The translations under genes were made by a program, and so were the position numbers. Of a DNA stretch of 64,000 nt, positions 9,686 to 19,732 are shown piece by piece. The notes beneath the pieces were generated by a model. That model saw only the letters and a program-made list of their open reading frames with translations. It was not told where the DNA came from and made no database searches. The DNA lies in assembly GCA_020845875.1 (NCBI GenBank), contig JADLEY010000009.1, positions 3,907-67,906 on the forward strand, given 5' to 3'. Source of the DNA: Candidatus Nomurabacteria bacterium (GTDB lineage: Bacteria; Patescibacteriota; Minisyncoccia; Phycocordibacterales; UBA9973). Every line of letters begins with the position of its first letter. Within the stretch, counting starts at the first letter, position 1.

Positions 9686-11557
9686 CTAAATAGTGAGAAT
9701 GACAGGAATAACCAGTGGTCGTTTCGCAGTCTTCTGGAGGAGAAACTTCGCCACCGTCTCTGCGAGATCGTTTTTAAGAGCGTCACCATTGAGTGGCTGG
9801 CGCGATGCCGCCTGCTCAATGGTCCGCTTCACAAGGATACGTGTCTGACGCAGAAGTTCCTGATTTTCTTTCAGATAAACGAATCCTCGCGAGATGATAT
9901 CAGGGCTCTTTTTGAGTGAGTTGTTGCGCGTATCGAGGACTGCCATGATGATAAACATGCCATCTTCTGCCAGAAGTTGCCGGTCGCGAAGCACAACGTT
10001 TTGTTCGTCGCCGACCGAAAAGCCGTCTACAATCATCGGACTTGCCGGCGCTTTATCCTTGCGGACAGAGATTTTCTGACCATCAGCGGAGATCTCAATA
10101 ATCGAGCCGTTGTCAGGGACAACGATATGATCTTCTGGCATACCTATTTCCATCGCGAGCTCTTTGTGCAATTCGAGGTGGTAGTGGTGTCCGTGAATCG
10201 GGATAAAGAATTTCTCATTCATTTTGCGGTGGAGCCACTTGATATCCTCTTTGTTGCCGTGACCTGTCGCGTGTACGTACTCTTCTCCAGGAGTACGATA
10301 GGAAATAATCTTCACTCCCTGACGAGAGAGGCCGTCTTTCATGGACTGCACCGCGCGCTCGTTTCCTGGAATGACTGACGCAGAGAGAATGATGCGATCG
10401 CCCTTTTTGAGAGAGAGTTTTTTGTTAGTCTTTTGTGCGAGACGATTGAGACCGCCAAATTCTTCTCCCTGTGCGCCGGTAATAAGGACGAGGATCCGAC
10501 TGGGTGGATAGTTTTCTATTTCATCTACTGAGATAATAGTATCTTTCTTTGGTTTCAGGAGTCCTGCCTGTATCGCGATTTCGACGTTGGTCTTCATACT
10601 GCGTCCTTCGAGCACGATTTTCTTGCCCAGCTCTTCTGCAATCTGTACGACCCGAATGAGGCGAGTGATGTGAGAGGCAAATGCTGCCATAAAGATGCGG
10701 TTATTTTTCTCGCGGCGTAGGATGTTTTCGAGTCCCTGATGCACTTTGACTTCTGGCAATGCAAATCCTTCGTTTTCGATGTTTGTCGAGTCGGTCATCA
10801 GGAGTAGTACGTTTGCATTGTCAAACTGCTTGTACTCTGCTTCTTCGCTCGCTGTCACGATACCGTCGATCTGGTCGAGCTTGTAGTCTCCTGGATTTAC
10901 GATAAGTCCGTGAGGTGTCTCGATAATGACCCCCATGGAGTCAGGGATCGTGTGCGTCACACCCCAGAAGCGCACTTTGATAGCACCGAGTGTTACTACA
11001 TCATCCTTTTCGACGATATTGATATTCATCGCAGGGAGGTGTGGAAACTCGCTCTGCCGCTTCTTCATAAGAAGGACGGTGAGATTGCGCGAATACACTG
11101 GCGGATTGCCGATGCGCGAGAGTACGAGCGGGACGCCGCCGATGTGATCGAGGTGTCCGTGTGTGATGATAAGTGCCCGGATTTTATCTTTGCGCTCTTC
11201 GAGGTAGCGGGTATTGGGGATGACGTAATCGATACCAGGAGTTTCACCGGTGGCGAAGTGCATGCCTGCATCGATAACAATGATATCGTTTCCGATTTCG
11301 ATAGCGGTCATGTTCTTGCCGATTTCTTCGACGCCGCCGAGAGGGATAATCCGTACCACTCCTGCTTCTGGTGCAGGAATGTGCGCTGTCTTGGGGATCA
11401 TAGATTCTGCAGAGGGGGCAAGATCTGTCGGAGGACGAGTGGGACGGCGATTGCGTTCAAAAGGGCGGCGCGCTCCAAAACGCTTCTTAGGAGCGGTACG
11501 AGGTGCATGCATCTGATGCGAAGTGTTCGGTTTGTGTTGGTGGACGGGGGTATTCAT
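9686..11557 (-). CDS. rnj: Ribonuclease J (beta-CASP metallo-beta-lactamase) with a basic N-terminal extension
   Basis: HGHLDHIGG motif and beta-CASP region; overall collinear with RNase J. Confidence 0.9.
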   Translation of the reverse strand: MNTPVHQHKPNTSHQMHAPRTAPKKRFGARRPFERNRRPTRPPTDLAPSAESMIPKTAHIPAPEAGVVRIIPLGGVEEIGKNMTAIEIGNDIIVIDAGMHFATGETPGIDYVIPNTRYLEERKDKIRALIITHGHLDHIGGVPLVLSRIGNPPVYSRNLTVLLMKKRQSEFPHLPAMNINIVEKDDVVTLGAIKVRFWGVTHTIPDSMGVIIETPHGLIVNPGDYKLDQIDGIVTASEEAEYKQFDNANVLLLMTDSTNIENEGFALPEVKVHQGLENILRREKNNRIFMAAFASHITRLIRVVQIAEELGKKIVLEGRSMKTNVEIAIQAGLLKPKKDTIISVDEIENYPPSRILVLITGAQGEEFGGLNRLAQKTNKKLSLKKGDRIILSASVIPGNERAVQSMKDGLSRQGVKIISYRTPGEEYVHATGHGNKEDIKWLHRKMNEKFFIPIHGHHYHLELHKELAMEIGMPEDHIVVPDNGSIIEISADGQKISVRKDKAPASPMIVDGFSVGDEQNVVLRDRQLLAEDGMFIIMAVLDTRNNSLKKSPDIISRGFVYLKENQELLRQTRILVKRTIEQAASRQPLNGDALKNDLAETVAKFLLQKTAKRPLVIPVILTI

Positions 11558-11570
11558 GTGAGAAAAGAAA

Positions 11571-13109
11571 TTATTTTTTTATGAACCATTTCCAGATTCG
11601 ATCAGTAGCGACATGCCATGTATCGGCTGATGCAGAAACAAGTCGCACAGAGCGGAGACTGTCAGTAGTGATACCTCCAACAAATGGGCGAGCAACAATA
11701 TTCTGCATTTGCTCGTACACTGCTACAGCTTTGCTATATCCGCTCGGAAGCGACATGCTCTTTTCTGAAACAAGGACGAAGGGGAACGATCGTTCTTCGA
11801 GCTTCTCTTGGAAGGTGCCAAGGTCAAAGACCTGCACTTCACTGACAATACCTATCGTAGCGAGCTCCTGAGAGAGCTGCCGCGCTGCAGCAATAAGCTC
11901 TGGAGTGCTATTCACGGTAGCAATCGCAATCGAAAGCGGGACAGAACCTTTTTTGAGAATACCGTCATCTATCCGGTATCCTTGTCCAGCAAGCGTCTGC
12001 AAGAGTGCCTCGCGCTTTGCCGTCTGCTGTTCATCAACAGTGGCTTGCACGGAAGAAGTGTCGTAACCGTCTTCTATGGTAGCAGGTGAGGATTGTTTGT
12101 CAAACAGATACTGAGTGATGACGGTTGAAAGTCCTGATGAAAAGAGTGGCTCGTTTGAGAGGCGATAGAGTACTACAGCTCTTCCTGTAGGTATTGTGCG
12201 GACCTGAAGTGTTTTAGGTATATCCCAGCGTTCGAAAGTTTCGGCAGAAATATCTGCAGTCATATCGATTGTCTTATTTTCGAGCGCTTCTGTGAGAGCT
12301 GTCTGATTGGCATAAGTGGTAATAACAAGATGAGAAAGAAGAGGTACTTCTCCTCTAGTACGCTTATTTTTGGAAAGTCGTATGATGTTTGGCGAGCCTG
12401 TGGTTTTGTCAAAATGAATTCGAGAGACAATAAATGCTCCTGCGCCAATCGGATGAGCAGTGCGAGCGGTGTCGGTAAATGCTTCATCAGGCACGCTTTC
12501 CCATTGCGCGTGCGGTAGGATGCCAAATGATGCACGAGAGAGAAAAGTACTATCGGGTGCAGGGAGAGTAAAGATAATAGTTTGTTCATCAGGGGATGAT
12601 ACGAGGAGTTGTTGCCAATACGATGCACCAGCAGGGTTGATGGAGGCACTTCGCAGTTTTTCTAAAGTAAAAAGGATGTCGTGAGAGGTAAGAGGAGTGT
12701 GATTCTGAAAGGTGATGTTGTCTTTGAGTATGAAAGTGTAAGTGCGTTCGTCGGCAGATACTTCATAAGATTGTGCGAGGTCGGGAAGGGGGGTTCCGTC
12801 AGGAAGCTCTTTCATAAGTCCGGCAAAAACAAGTGCAGAGATACTCCGTTCGTTGTCAGTTTGGGCGAGTACAGGGTTGATAAAGCGCGGCGCTCCAATG
12901 ATACCCTGTCGGAGAGTCCCTCCACGGAAGGGAACAGTGACAAGTGTCGTTGCATTGAGGGTGATGAGGAGCACGTAGAGTGAGGCGAAGAAGAGTGTAA
13001 TAGATGCGTACAGAAGCGCTTTTGCACGCGTCAACGGACCAGAGAGAAGTGTTGGCCTGGTAGAAGAAAAAGGAGAATGGGTGAAGAAAAAAGAAAAAAA
13101 TGACGACAT
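11571..13109 (-). CDS. Membrane-anchored solute-binding protein, family 5 (oligopeptide/nickel-type SBP)-like
   Basis: N-terminal TM anchor, then a long periplasmic domain with the SBP_bac_5-like N-terminal region (PRFINPVLAQTDNERSISALVFAGLMK...). Confidence 0.45.
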   Translation of the reverse strand: MSSFFSFFFTHSPFSSTRPTLLSGPLTRAKALLYASITLFFASLYVLLITLNATTLVTVPFRGGTLRQGIIGAPRFINPVLAQTDNERSISALVFAGLMKELPDGTPLPDLAQSYEVSADERTYTFILKDNITFQNHTPLTSHDILFTLEKLRSASINPAGASYWQQLLVSSPDEQTIIFTLPAPDSTFLSRASFGILPHAQWESVPDEAFTDTARTAHPIGAGAFIVSRIHFDKTTGSPNIIRLSKNKRTRGEVPLLSHLVITTYANQTALTEALENKTIDMTADISAETFERWDIPKTLQVRTIPTGRAVVLYRLSNEPLFSSGLSTVITQYLFDKQSSPATIEDGYDTSSVQATVDEQQTAKREALLQTLAGQGYRIDDGILKKGSVPLSIAIATVNSTPELIAAARQLSQELATIGIVSEVQVFDLGTFQEKLEERSFPFVLVSEKSMSLPSGYSKAVAVYEQMQNIVARPFVGGITTDSLRSVRLVSASADTWHVATDRIWKWFIKK

Positions 13110-13144
13110 AACACAAAGAGAGTACTATGTTTCTTTCTGTTGCC

Positions 13145-13426
13145 CTATCGTCCAGCAAAGAGAACAGCAAGCGAGGCAAAAGCAAAGATGGCCGCAGCAG
13201 CAATCATGAGCACAAAAAAGAAGCGTTCGCTTCCGCGTCGTGTCTGGAAGAAAGAGGTCTCTCCGAAAGAGCTACCGCCCATGTCTCCTGTACTTCGCTG
13301 AAGGAGAACAAGGGCAATGACGAGAATTGCGGAGATAATCTGGATGCTATGCAGTGCTGCAGTCATAAATAGGAGAAACGAAGCTAGTATAGCAGTGTAC
13401 GATGCACTACACAAGCACGTAATCAA
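13145..13426 (-). CDS. secG: Preprotein translocase subunit SecG. The true start is probably the internal Met near 13366.
   Basis: Two TM helices flanking LLQRSTGDMGGSSFGETSFF, the SecG Gly-rich loop. Confidence 0.6.
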   Translation of the reverse strand: MITCLCSASYTAILASFLLFMTAALHSIQIISAILVIALVLLQRSTGDMGGSSFGETSFFQTRRGSERFFFVLMIAAAAIFAFASLAVLFAGR

Positions 13427-15395
13427 TCAAGCGTTTTGCCATGTCAGTAGCGGTCACTTTGAATGTCACAGGGCTACCAATACGAAACTCTTTGCGCGTG
13501 CGTCGACCTCTGATGGTGAGTGATTTTTCATCATATTCATAGAAATCGTTTCCGATGTCGCGTAGGCGTACCATACCCTCGCAGCGGGATTCTTTTTCTT
13601 CAACAAAAAGTCCATTGGGAGAGATACCACTGACAACACCATCAAATACTTTGCCAACACGATCGCTCATGTATTCTACCTGTTTATACTTGATAGAAGC
13701 ACGCTCGGCATCTGCTGCCTCTTTTTCGCGCTGTGACGAATGGGTAGAGATGTCCTCATAGCGATGCCAGAGTTCTTTGGGGATAATTTGATCATGGAGA
13801 TAAGAGAAGAGGAGACGATGGACGACAAGATCTGGATAACGACGGATCGGTGAGGTGAAATGGGTATAGTAACGGAAAGCAAGTCCGTAGTGGCCGATAT
13901 TTTTTGTTGAATAGATCGCCTTTGCCATCGAACGGATGATGGCCGTTTGCACGGTCTCTCTCTCAGGCTTGCCTTCGAGCGAGAGAACGAGTTCGTTGAG
14001 CTGTTTGGAAGGAATGACACCATTTTCGTCAGTCGTCACCTTGTGGCCAAGCTGACATAGGAAGCGCTGCAAATTTTCTACTCGTTCAGGGTCGGGAGCG
14101 TCGTGGACACGGAAGACAAATATTTCTTCGCCATGAGCATCGTGAGTAGCGATGTATTCTGCGACCTTACGGTTGGCGAGTAGCATTAACTCTTCGATCA
14201 TATGATGAGTCTCGCCGCGTTCCTTTATATACACGCCAGTGGGGTGACCATTTTCATCAAGACGGAATTTCACTTCTTCGGTTTCCATAGAGATAGCACC
14301 TTCTTCAAAACGTTTCTTTTCAAGCGAACGGGAAATGTCGAGTGCATATTGAAGCTCTCGAAGGAAAGGACCATCTTTTGTATCGAGAATCTGTTGCGCA
14401 TTTTCGTACGTGAAGCGCTGGTGGGAGTGAATGACCGTCTTTCCGTACCATTCATCTACAATTTGTTTGTCAGGAGAAAAGGTGAAGACTGCAGAAAAAG
14501 TGAGACGATCAACGTCTGGGTTGAGCGAGCAGAGATCATTGGATAAGACTTCAGGGAGCATAGGGATAGTACGGTCTACGAGGTACACGCTCGTCGCTCG
14601 CCGGTACGCCTCTTTGTCGATGGCACTTCCGGGAGTGACATAATGAGAAACATCCGCAATATGGACACCTATCTCGACTATATTATCTTTGAGGAATTGT
14701 ACCGAAATAGCATCATCAAAATCTTTGGCGTCCTCAGGGTCGATGGTGAAGGTGGCTATCTGTCTGAAATCGCGACGACCAGCCTTTTGTTCCTCTGATA
14801 TACCAGCCGCTTTGATGCGTGCCGCCTCGTCGAGTACTTCAGTAGAGTATTGGTCGTCGAAGCCTTTTTCAAGTGCAAGTGCTACCATTTCTGCATTGTT
14901 TTCAAATGGAGTGCCGAGCACACGTACGACTTCTCCTGTAGGCTCCTTCATTGGGTCTTGCCAGTTGGTAATAGTACAAAAGACTTTATTTCCCACTTTT
15001 GCCCCTGAAAGTTTGCTATCGGGGATAATGATGGATGTGTACATTCTGCCATCGGTTGTAGTGATACAGTGTGCGCCACGCTCAAAGGTAAGCGTCCCGG
15101 CGTAGCCAATTTTTGAACGGCGAGTGATATCAGTGACTTTGCCACGCGGATTTTCTCCAGCAGGAGTACTCGTGATTTCTCCCTTCACTATGTCGTGATG
15201 AAAGGCGCGGTTGAGTGCCTCGCGCGGAACTTCGACGGTGATATCAAAATCACGGAGTTTGATATAGCCGATACCTTTGGGGGAGATACTAATTACTCCT
15301 TCAAACGAAGCGCCGGCAGCAAGCGGTGTCATAATGGCGAATATTATAACACAGATTGACTTATAATAAAAATGCGATATAATAGGATAAACCAT
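13407..15395 (-). CDS. rnr: Ribonuclease R / RNase II family 3'-5' exoribonuclease
   Basis: RNB catalytic domain (…DDAISV…, HYGLAFRYYTHFTSPIRRYPDLVVHR) plus a C-terminal S1 domain. Confidence 0.9.
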   Translation of the reverse strand: MVYPIISHFYYKSICVIIFAIMTPLAAGASFEGVISISPKGIGYIKLRDFDITVEVPREALNRAFHHDIVKGEITSTPAGENPRGKVTDITRRSKIGYAGTLTFERGAHCITTTDGRMYTSIIIPDSKLSGAKVGNKVFCTITNWQDPMKEPTGEVVRVLGTPFENNAEMVALALEKGFDDQYSTEVLDEAARIKAAGISEEQKAGRRDFRQIATFTIDPEDAKDFDDAISVQFLKDNIVEIGVHIADVSHYVTPGSAIDKEAYRRATSVYLVDRTIPMLPEVLSNDLCSLNPDVDRLTFSAVFTFSPDKQIVDEWYGKTVIHSHQRFTYENAQQILDTKDGPFLRELQYALDISRSLEKKRFEEGAISMETEEVKFRLDENGHPTGVYIKERGETHHMIEELMLLANRKVAEYIATHDAHGEEIFVFRVHDAPDPERVENLQRFLCQLGHKVTTDENGVIPSKQLNELVLSLEGKPERETVQTAIIRSMAKAIYSTKNIGHYGLAFRYYTHFTSPIRRYPDLVVHRLLFSYLHDQIIPKELWHRYEDISTHSSQREKEAADAERASIKYKQVEYMSDRVGKVFDGVVSGISPNGLFVEEKESRCEGMVRLRDIGNDFYEYDEKSLTIRGRRTRKEFRIGSPVTFKVTATDMAKRLIDYVLV

Positions 15396-15622
15396 AAAAT
15401 CATATATTAATGAACATTCCCTACTGGATTGATTGCTGCTTTGTTTGTAGCCTCACTTTCTTTATTCTTTCAATTATTGCCTTTTTGCAGCCGACCTTCC
15501 CTCACCCGTATGTACTCTTTTGTGTCGCATCGGGACTTCTCCTTGTTGGAGCGCTCCTTGCTCTCAAAGAATCACGAACCCAAAGCGTCCGTTGACGCTT
15601 TTTTTATTTCTGCTATTATCTG

Positions 15623-15934
15623 TTGCACATGTTGTCTATCAGACTCCAGCGAATAGGACGGAAAAACGAGGTCGCATTTCGCGTCGTCTTGACTGATTCT
15701 AAAAACGCAGCAAAAAGTGGTAAATTCAAGGAAGTACTCGGCTTTTACACTCTCAAGGAAGACAAAATAGAGTTCAAGAAAGAGCGTATCTCGCACTGGC
15801 TCAGCGTCGGAGCACAGCCATCTGATACTGTCTACAATATGCTCGTCTCTGCGGGGATCATCGAAGGAAAGAAGCGCAACGTTCTCTCCAAAAAGTTGCC
15901 GACTGTGAAGCGCAAAGAAATCAAGAAGAAATAA
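15623..15934 (+). CDS. rpsP: 30S ribosomal protein S16
   Basis: MLSIRLQRIGRKNEVAFRVVLTD. Confidence 0.9.
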   Translation: MHMLSIRLQRIGRKNEVAFRVVLTDSKNAAKSGKFKEVLGFYTLKEDKIEFKKERISHWLSVGAQPSDTVYNMLVSAGIIEGKKRNVLSKKLPTVKRKEIKKK

Positions 15935-15976
15935 CAAATAGCTCCGCATGGAGCTATTTGTTATACTGTATTCATT

Positions 15977-16282
15977 ATGACAGACAAAGAATTTCTAGAA
16001 ATGCTGATAAAAGCGCTCGTCGACAATCCACAAGATGTAGCAATCGACCGCAAGGTAGATGAGATGGGAGTACTCCTTACACTCTCAGTTGCGCCTTCTG
16101 ATATGGGTAAGATTATCGGACGCTCTGGCAACACTGCCAAGGCCATTCGTACACTCCTTCGTGTGGTAGGGATGAAGCACAACGCCCGCGTCAATCTCAA
16201 AATCAACGAACCCGAAGGCGGTCTCTCCACTATCCACGCTGCTGATCTCGATGATGCAATGGCAGATCTAAAGGGACTCTAA
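15977..16282 (+). CDS. KH-domain RNA-binding protein (YlqC/UPF0109 family)
   Basis: GKIIGRSGNTAKAIRTLL KH motif; conserved rpsP-KH-trmD gene order. Confidence 0.8.
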   Translation: MTDKEFLEMLIKALVDNPQDVAIDRKVDEMGVLLTLSVAPSDMGKIIGRSGNTAKAIRTLLRVVGMKHNARVNLKINEPEGGLSTIHAADLDDAMADLKGL

Positions 16283-16286
16283 CACG

Positions 16287-16970
16287 ATGCGATTTCATTT
16301 TCTCACCATTTTTCCGGAGATCGTCGAGAGCTATCTCTCTGAGGCAATGCTGGCACGAGCCAGTGACAAGAGGCTCGCAAAGTTTGTTGTGCGCAATATT
16401 CGCGACTATACCAAGGACAAACACAAAAAGACCGACGACCGTCCGTATGGTGGTGGTCCAGGGATGGTGATGACGGCGCAACCGATACTTACCGCGTACG
16501 ATTCACTCAAACTCAATTTGCAGAAAAGGAAACGGCAAAAGGTAGTAATGCTCTCGCCAAGCGGTATACTTTTTACCAATGCTCTCGCCAAGCAATTCGC
16601 CAAGAGGTATGATGACGTGGTGTTTATCTGTGGCAGATACGAAGGGGTAGATGACCGCGTACGCAAGATTCTGAAGACATCAGAATACAGCATTGGAAGC
16701 TTCGTTCTCACTGGTGGAGAGTTGCCCGCGCTCGTTATGACCGATGCAATCGTGCGGCAGATTCCAGGAGTACTTGGTAAAAGTGAAAGTCTTGAAGAAA
16801 CGCGCACAGCAAGTCCACATGTCTATACTCGACCAGAAGTACTCGTCTACAAAAAGAAAAAGTACAACGTTCCTGAGATACTCATTGGCGGTAATCACAA
16901 ACAGATAGAGCTTTGGCGCGCTTCGCAACAAAAGAAATCAGAGAAAAAGCCACAATCTGTTGAAAACTAA
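16287..16970 (+). CDS. trmD: tRNA (guanine37-N1)-methyltransferase
   Basis: MRFHFLTIFPEIV…CGRYEGVDDRV…TGGELPA, the SPOUT TrmD fold. Confidence 0.9.
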   Translation: MRFHFLTIFPEIVESYLSEAMLARASDKRLAKFVVRNIRDYTKDKHKKTDDRPYGGGPGMVMTAQPILTAYDSLKLNLQKRKRQKVVMLSPSGILFTNALAKQFAKRYDDVVFICGRYEGVDDRVRKILKTSEYSIGSFVLTGGELPALVMTDAIVRQIPGVLGKSESLEETRTASPHVYTRPEVLVYKKKKYNVPEILIGGNHKQIELWRASQQKKSEKKPQSVEN

Positions 16971-19577
16971 TTGTATAATTTTTTACTAACCTCTATAATG
17001 TCTGTTATGAGAAGAAAGACTCATTCATTCATATACATTCCTCTTTCGGTAGTTATCGGATTGTTTCTTGCTTATAGCATCTCTGCTTATGCCGACAACC
17101 CACCTTCTCCTTTCACTCCAGCAGACAACATCCAAGACCCCACATGTCTTCCTAGCGATTCCAATTGCTATGTCTATACTCCTAACGCATCATGGGGAAC
17201 ACTCACCGGTACTCTCACTGACCAAACTGATCTTAGTAATCTTTTAGATGACAAACAGGCTGCTCTTGTCTCAGGAACAAATATCAAGACCATCAACGGC
17301 ACATCTCTTCTCGGTAGTGGAGATATTAGTATTGTAAGTTCACCGATTAGTGTAAATGCCTATGGGACATTGTACTCTGAAGCAACTGGTGCAGGTCAAG
17401 GAAGTGAATATTCTAATGCAAATAATGTTATCCTCGGAAAAAATGCTGGTGTTGGAGCAACCTATGCTGAGGGTTCAGTTTTTTTAGGTGAATCTGCAGG
17501 ACAGAATGTTTCTTCTATATCATGGTCTTTACCTTCTGTGATGATTGGTAGATATGCAGGGTCCAATGGAGTATCAACTCCTGGATCAGTCTTTTTAGGA
17601 ACAGAAGCAGGTCAAAGCGCCACAAATGCCGGAAGGGCACAGTTCATTGGAACTTCTGCTGGTGCTGGAGCAACCAATGCTTCAGCCTCCAATTTCTTTG
17701 GTTATTATGCTGGCTTTTTAGCAGTAAATGCTCAATATTCTACTTTTATTGGAAGATACTCTGGCTCTTACGCCAGTAATGCCTCCCAATCTATACTTAT
17801 TGGAGAACGTGTAGGAAACAATGCTGGGAGTTACTTTGATGCTCTCGGCGCTGGTATCGGAAGCAATAATATCATTATTGGTACCAATATTTCACTTCCA
17901 GATAGTACAGCAAACGCAATAAATATTGGCGGCGTTCTTTTCGGTACAGGAACAAATGCTGATGTAGGAACATTTAATCCTTTTACTCCTCCTATTAAAA
18001 CCACAATGAGTGCTGGGAAAATTGGTATCGGTGTCCTTCCTGCATCACTAACCGCTACTCTTAACACCACGGGCACTACTTCACAAGCTCCTTTTCGTAT
18101 TGTTTCTACTACTGCTCCAACCTCACCAAACAACGGTGATTTATGGATAGCTTCAGATCATCTTTATACAAGACTAGGAGGTGTGAGTTATCAATTAGAC
18201 GGTGGAGGAATCTCTTTACAGCACAATTATTCTCCCAATTCAAGTCAGACAGTGCTCAATCTTATCGCAGGAGCAGGTATTACGCTTACTGAGTATGGAT
18301 TTGGTAATTTAGAAATCAGCAATAGTTCTATTGCTGTGAGTTCTACAACTGATGGGTTATATTCTTCTGGAGTAGGGACGATCGATCCAAACACGGCAGG
18401 TGTAATAAGTTTGGGTTTCGCTAGTACGGGTAATTATTCTACCATGGGTCAAAACTCCATTTATATGGGTTATTTCGTTTGGAATGGAGCCGCTTCTTTT
18501 AGCGGTGAATCGGATGTATACATCGGAGAGAGGGCAGGAACTGTTCTAGATGGGGGGATGGTTTTCAGTGGTGGTGGAAACGTTGTCATCGGGAGAAACG
18601 CTGGTTCTGATTCTGATATAAATGCAGGATTACTTGGAGGGCTGAACTACTCTACGGACTCTATATTTATCGGTAACGGCGCAGGATCGTATGCTGGAGG
18701 AACTGCTTCTATTGCTATAGGAAAAGATACGCACAATGATGGTACTACCAACTCCATCGCCCTCGGCCAGGGAGCTACCAACACTGCTTCCAACCAAATG
18801 ATGATCGGCTCTTCCTCATACCCCATCAACGACCTCGTCATCAATGGAAGCGGATTTACCACCTGTACGGTGAACACAGGGACAGGGGCAGGTATCAGCT
18901 GTTCGTCAGATGAACGACTCAAAACAAACATCGAAGACCTCTCTTCAGTATTAGACACTCTCTCTCAGGTACGTACCATCACCTACAATTGGAACATTGC
19001 CCCAGAAGGAACAAAAAACATTGGTTTCCTTGCTCAAGACTTACAACAGCATTTCCCACAGCTTGTCTCCACCGACCACAATGGTTACCTCTCCGTTAAC
19101 TACGCTGGCATGACTCCTATCCTTACAAAGGCAATACAGGAGATAAATCTCAAGGTCGCGCCACTTCCTACATTCGAAGATGCCACTCTTGCTGTTCGTA
19201 TTTCAGATTTCTTGAAGGGTATTGCAGAAGGTATTGCTCGCATTGGCAGAGTAGAGACAGATACTGTGCAGACCGGTACGCTTTGTATCGGTAGTACTTG
19301 TCTTACAGAATCCCAGATCAAGGATATTCTCAATGCAGCAGGAACACAATCAAGTCCTGTTACACCAGAATCAGAGGAAATACCCAGTGATGTAGATGTA
19401 GATGTTGAGACGCCGTCACAACCAGAATCGACATCAGAACCAGAAGAGGTACCCAGTGATGTAGATGTAGATGTTGAGACGCCTTCAGAGGAGTTTGAGG
19501 AGATTGAGCAGGCGCCGTCAGGAAGCACTGACGGCGCAGTCCTGGAGACTACTATTGAGGATCAGCCTCCTGTCTAA
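16971..19577 (+). CDS. Large secreted repeat protein with a C-terminal peptidase-S74-like intramolecular chaperone domain, paralogous to the 1-1592 protein
   Basis: Signal/TM at the N-terminus. NFFGYYAG-type Gly/Asn repeats. 'CSSDERLKTNIEDL...IGFLAQDLQQHFPQLV...VNYAGMTPILTKAIQEI' C-terminal domain. A C-terminal tandem acidic repeat (EEIPSDVDVDVETPS ×2). Confidence 0.65.
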   Translation: MYNFLLTSIMSVMRRKTHSFIYIPLSVVIGLFLAYSISAYADNPPSPFTPADNIQDPTCLPSDSNCYVYTPNASWGTLTGTLTDQTDLSNLLDDKQAALVSGTNIKTINGTSLLGSGDISIVSSPISVNAYGTLYSEATGAGQGSEYSNANNVILGKNAGVGATYAEGSVFLGESAGQNVSSISWSLPSVMIGRYAGSNGVSTPGSVFLGTEAGQSATNAGRAQFIGTSAGAGATNASASNFFGYYAGFLAVNAQYSTFIGRYSGSYASNASQSILIGERVGNNAGSYFDALGAGIGSNNIIIGTNISLPDSTANAINIGGVLFGTGTNADVGTFNPFTPPIKTTMSAGKIGIGVLPASLTATLNTTGTTSQAPFRIVSTTAPTSPNNGDLWIASDHLYTRLGGVSYQLDGGGISLQHNYSPNSSQTVLNLIAGAGITLTEYGFGNLEISNSSIAVSSTTDGLYSSGVGTIDPNTAGVISLGFASTGNYSTMGQNSIYMGYFVWNGAASFSGESDVYIGERAGTVLDGGMVFSGGGNVVIGRNAGSDSDINAGLLGGLNYSTDSIFIGNGAGSYAGGTASIAIGKDTHNDGTTNSIALGQGATNTASNQMMIGSSSYPINDLVINGSGFTTCTVNTGTGAGISCSSDERLKTNIEDLSSVLDTLSQVRTITYNWNIAPEGTKNIGFLAQDLQQHFPQLVSTDHNGYLSVNYAGMTPILTKAIQEINLKVAPLPTFEDATLAVRISDFLKGIAEGIARIGRVETDTVQTGTLCIGSTCLTESQIKDILNAAGTQSSPVTPESEEIPSDVDVDVETPSQPESTSEPEEVPSDVDVDVETPSEEFEEIEQAPSGSTDGAVLETTIEDQPPV

Positions 19578-19624
19578 ATTTCCAACAAGAGTCCCAGCTG
19601 ACAACGTCTCAAACGGCGAGCCTG

Positions 19625-19653
19625 TTGACTCTATTTATTAGAGAGGTTATACT
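19625..19653 (+). promoter_or_regulatory. Sigma-70-like promoter TTGACT-N17-TATACT upstream of rpoB
   Basis: Hexamers and spacing seen directly. Confidence 0.5.
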
Positions 19654-19732
19654 GCTAGTCCCTACAGTTCAACGGCAGAGTTGCGGCAAGAGAGACAGCA
19701 AATTGAGGGAGCATTTATAAGTCGAGGCAATT

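Noticed and set aside
15410-15656. Small ORFs between rnr and rpsP
   Set aside because: They are short, overlapping and unconserved-looking, and sit in a promoter or leader region for rpsP.
1-19577. Prophage interpretation of the S74-domain (tail-spike-like) proteins
   Set aside because: No capsid, terminase, portal, tail-tube or integrase genes are nearby. The neighbours are prfB, ftsEX, trmD and rpoB, so the proteins are treated as host surface proteins.
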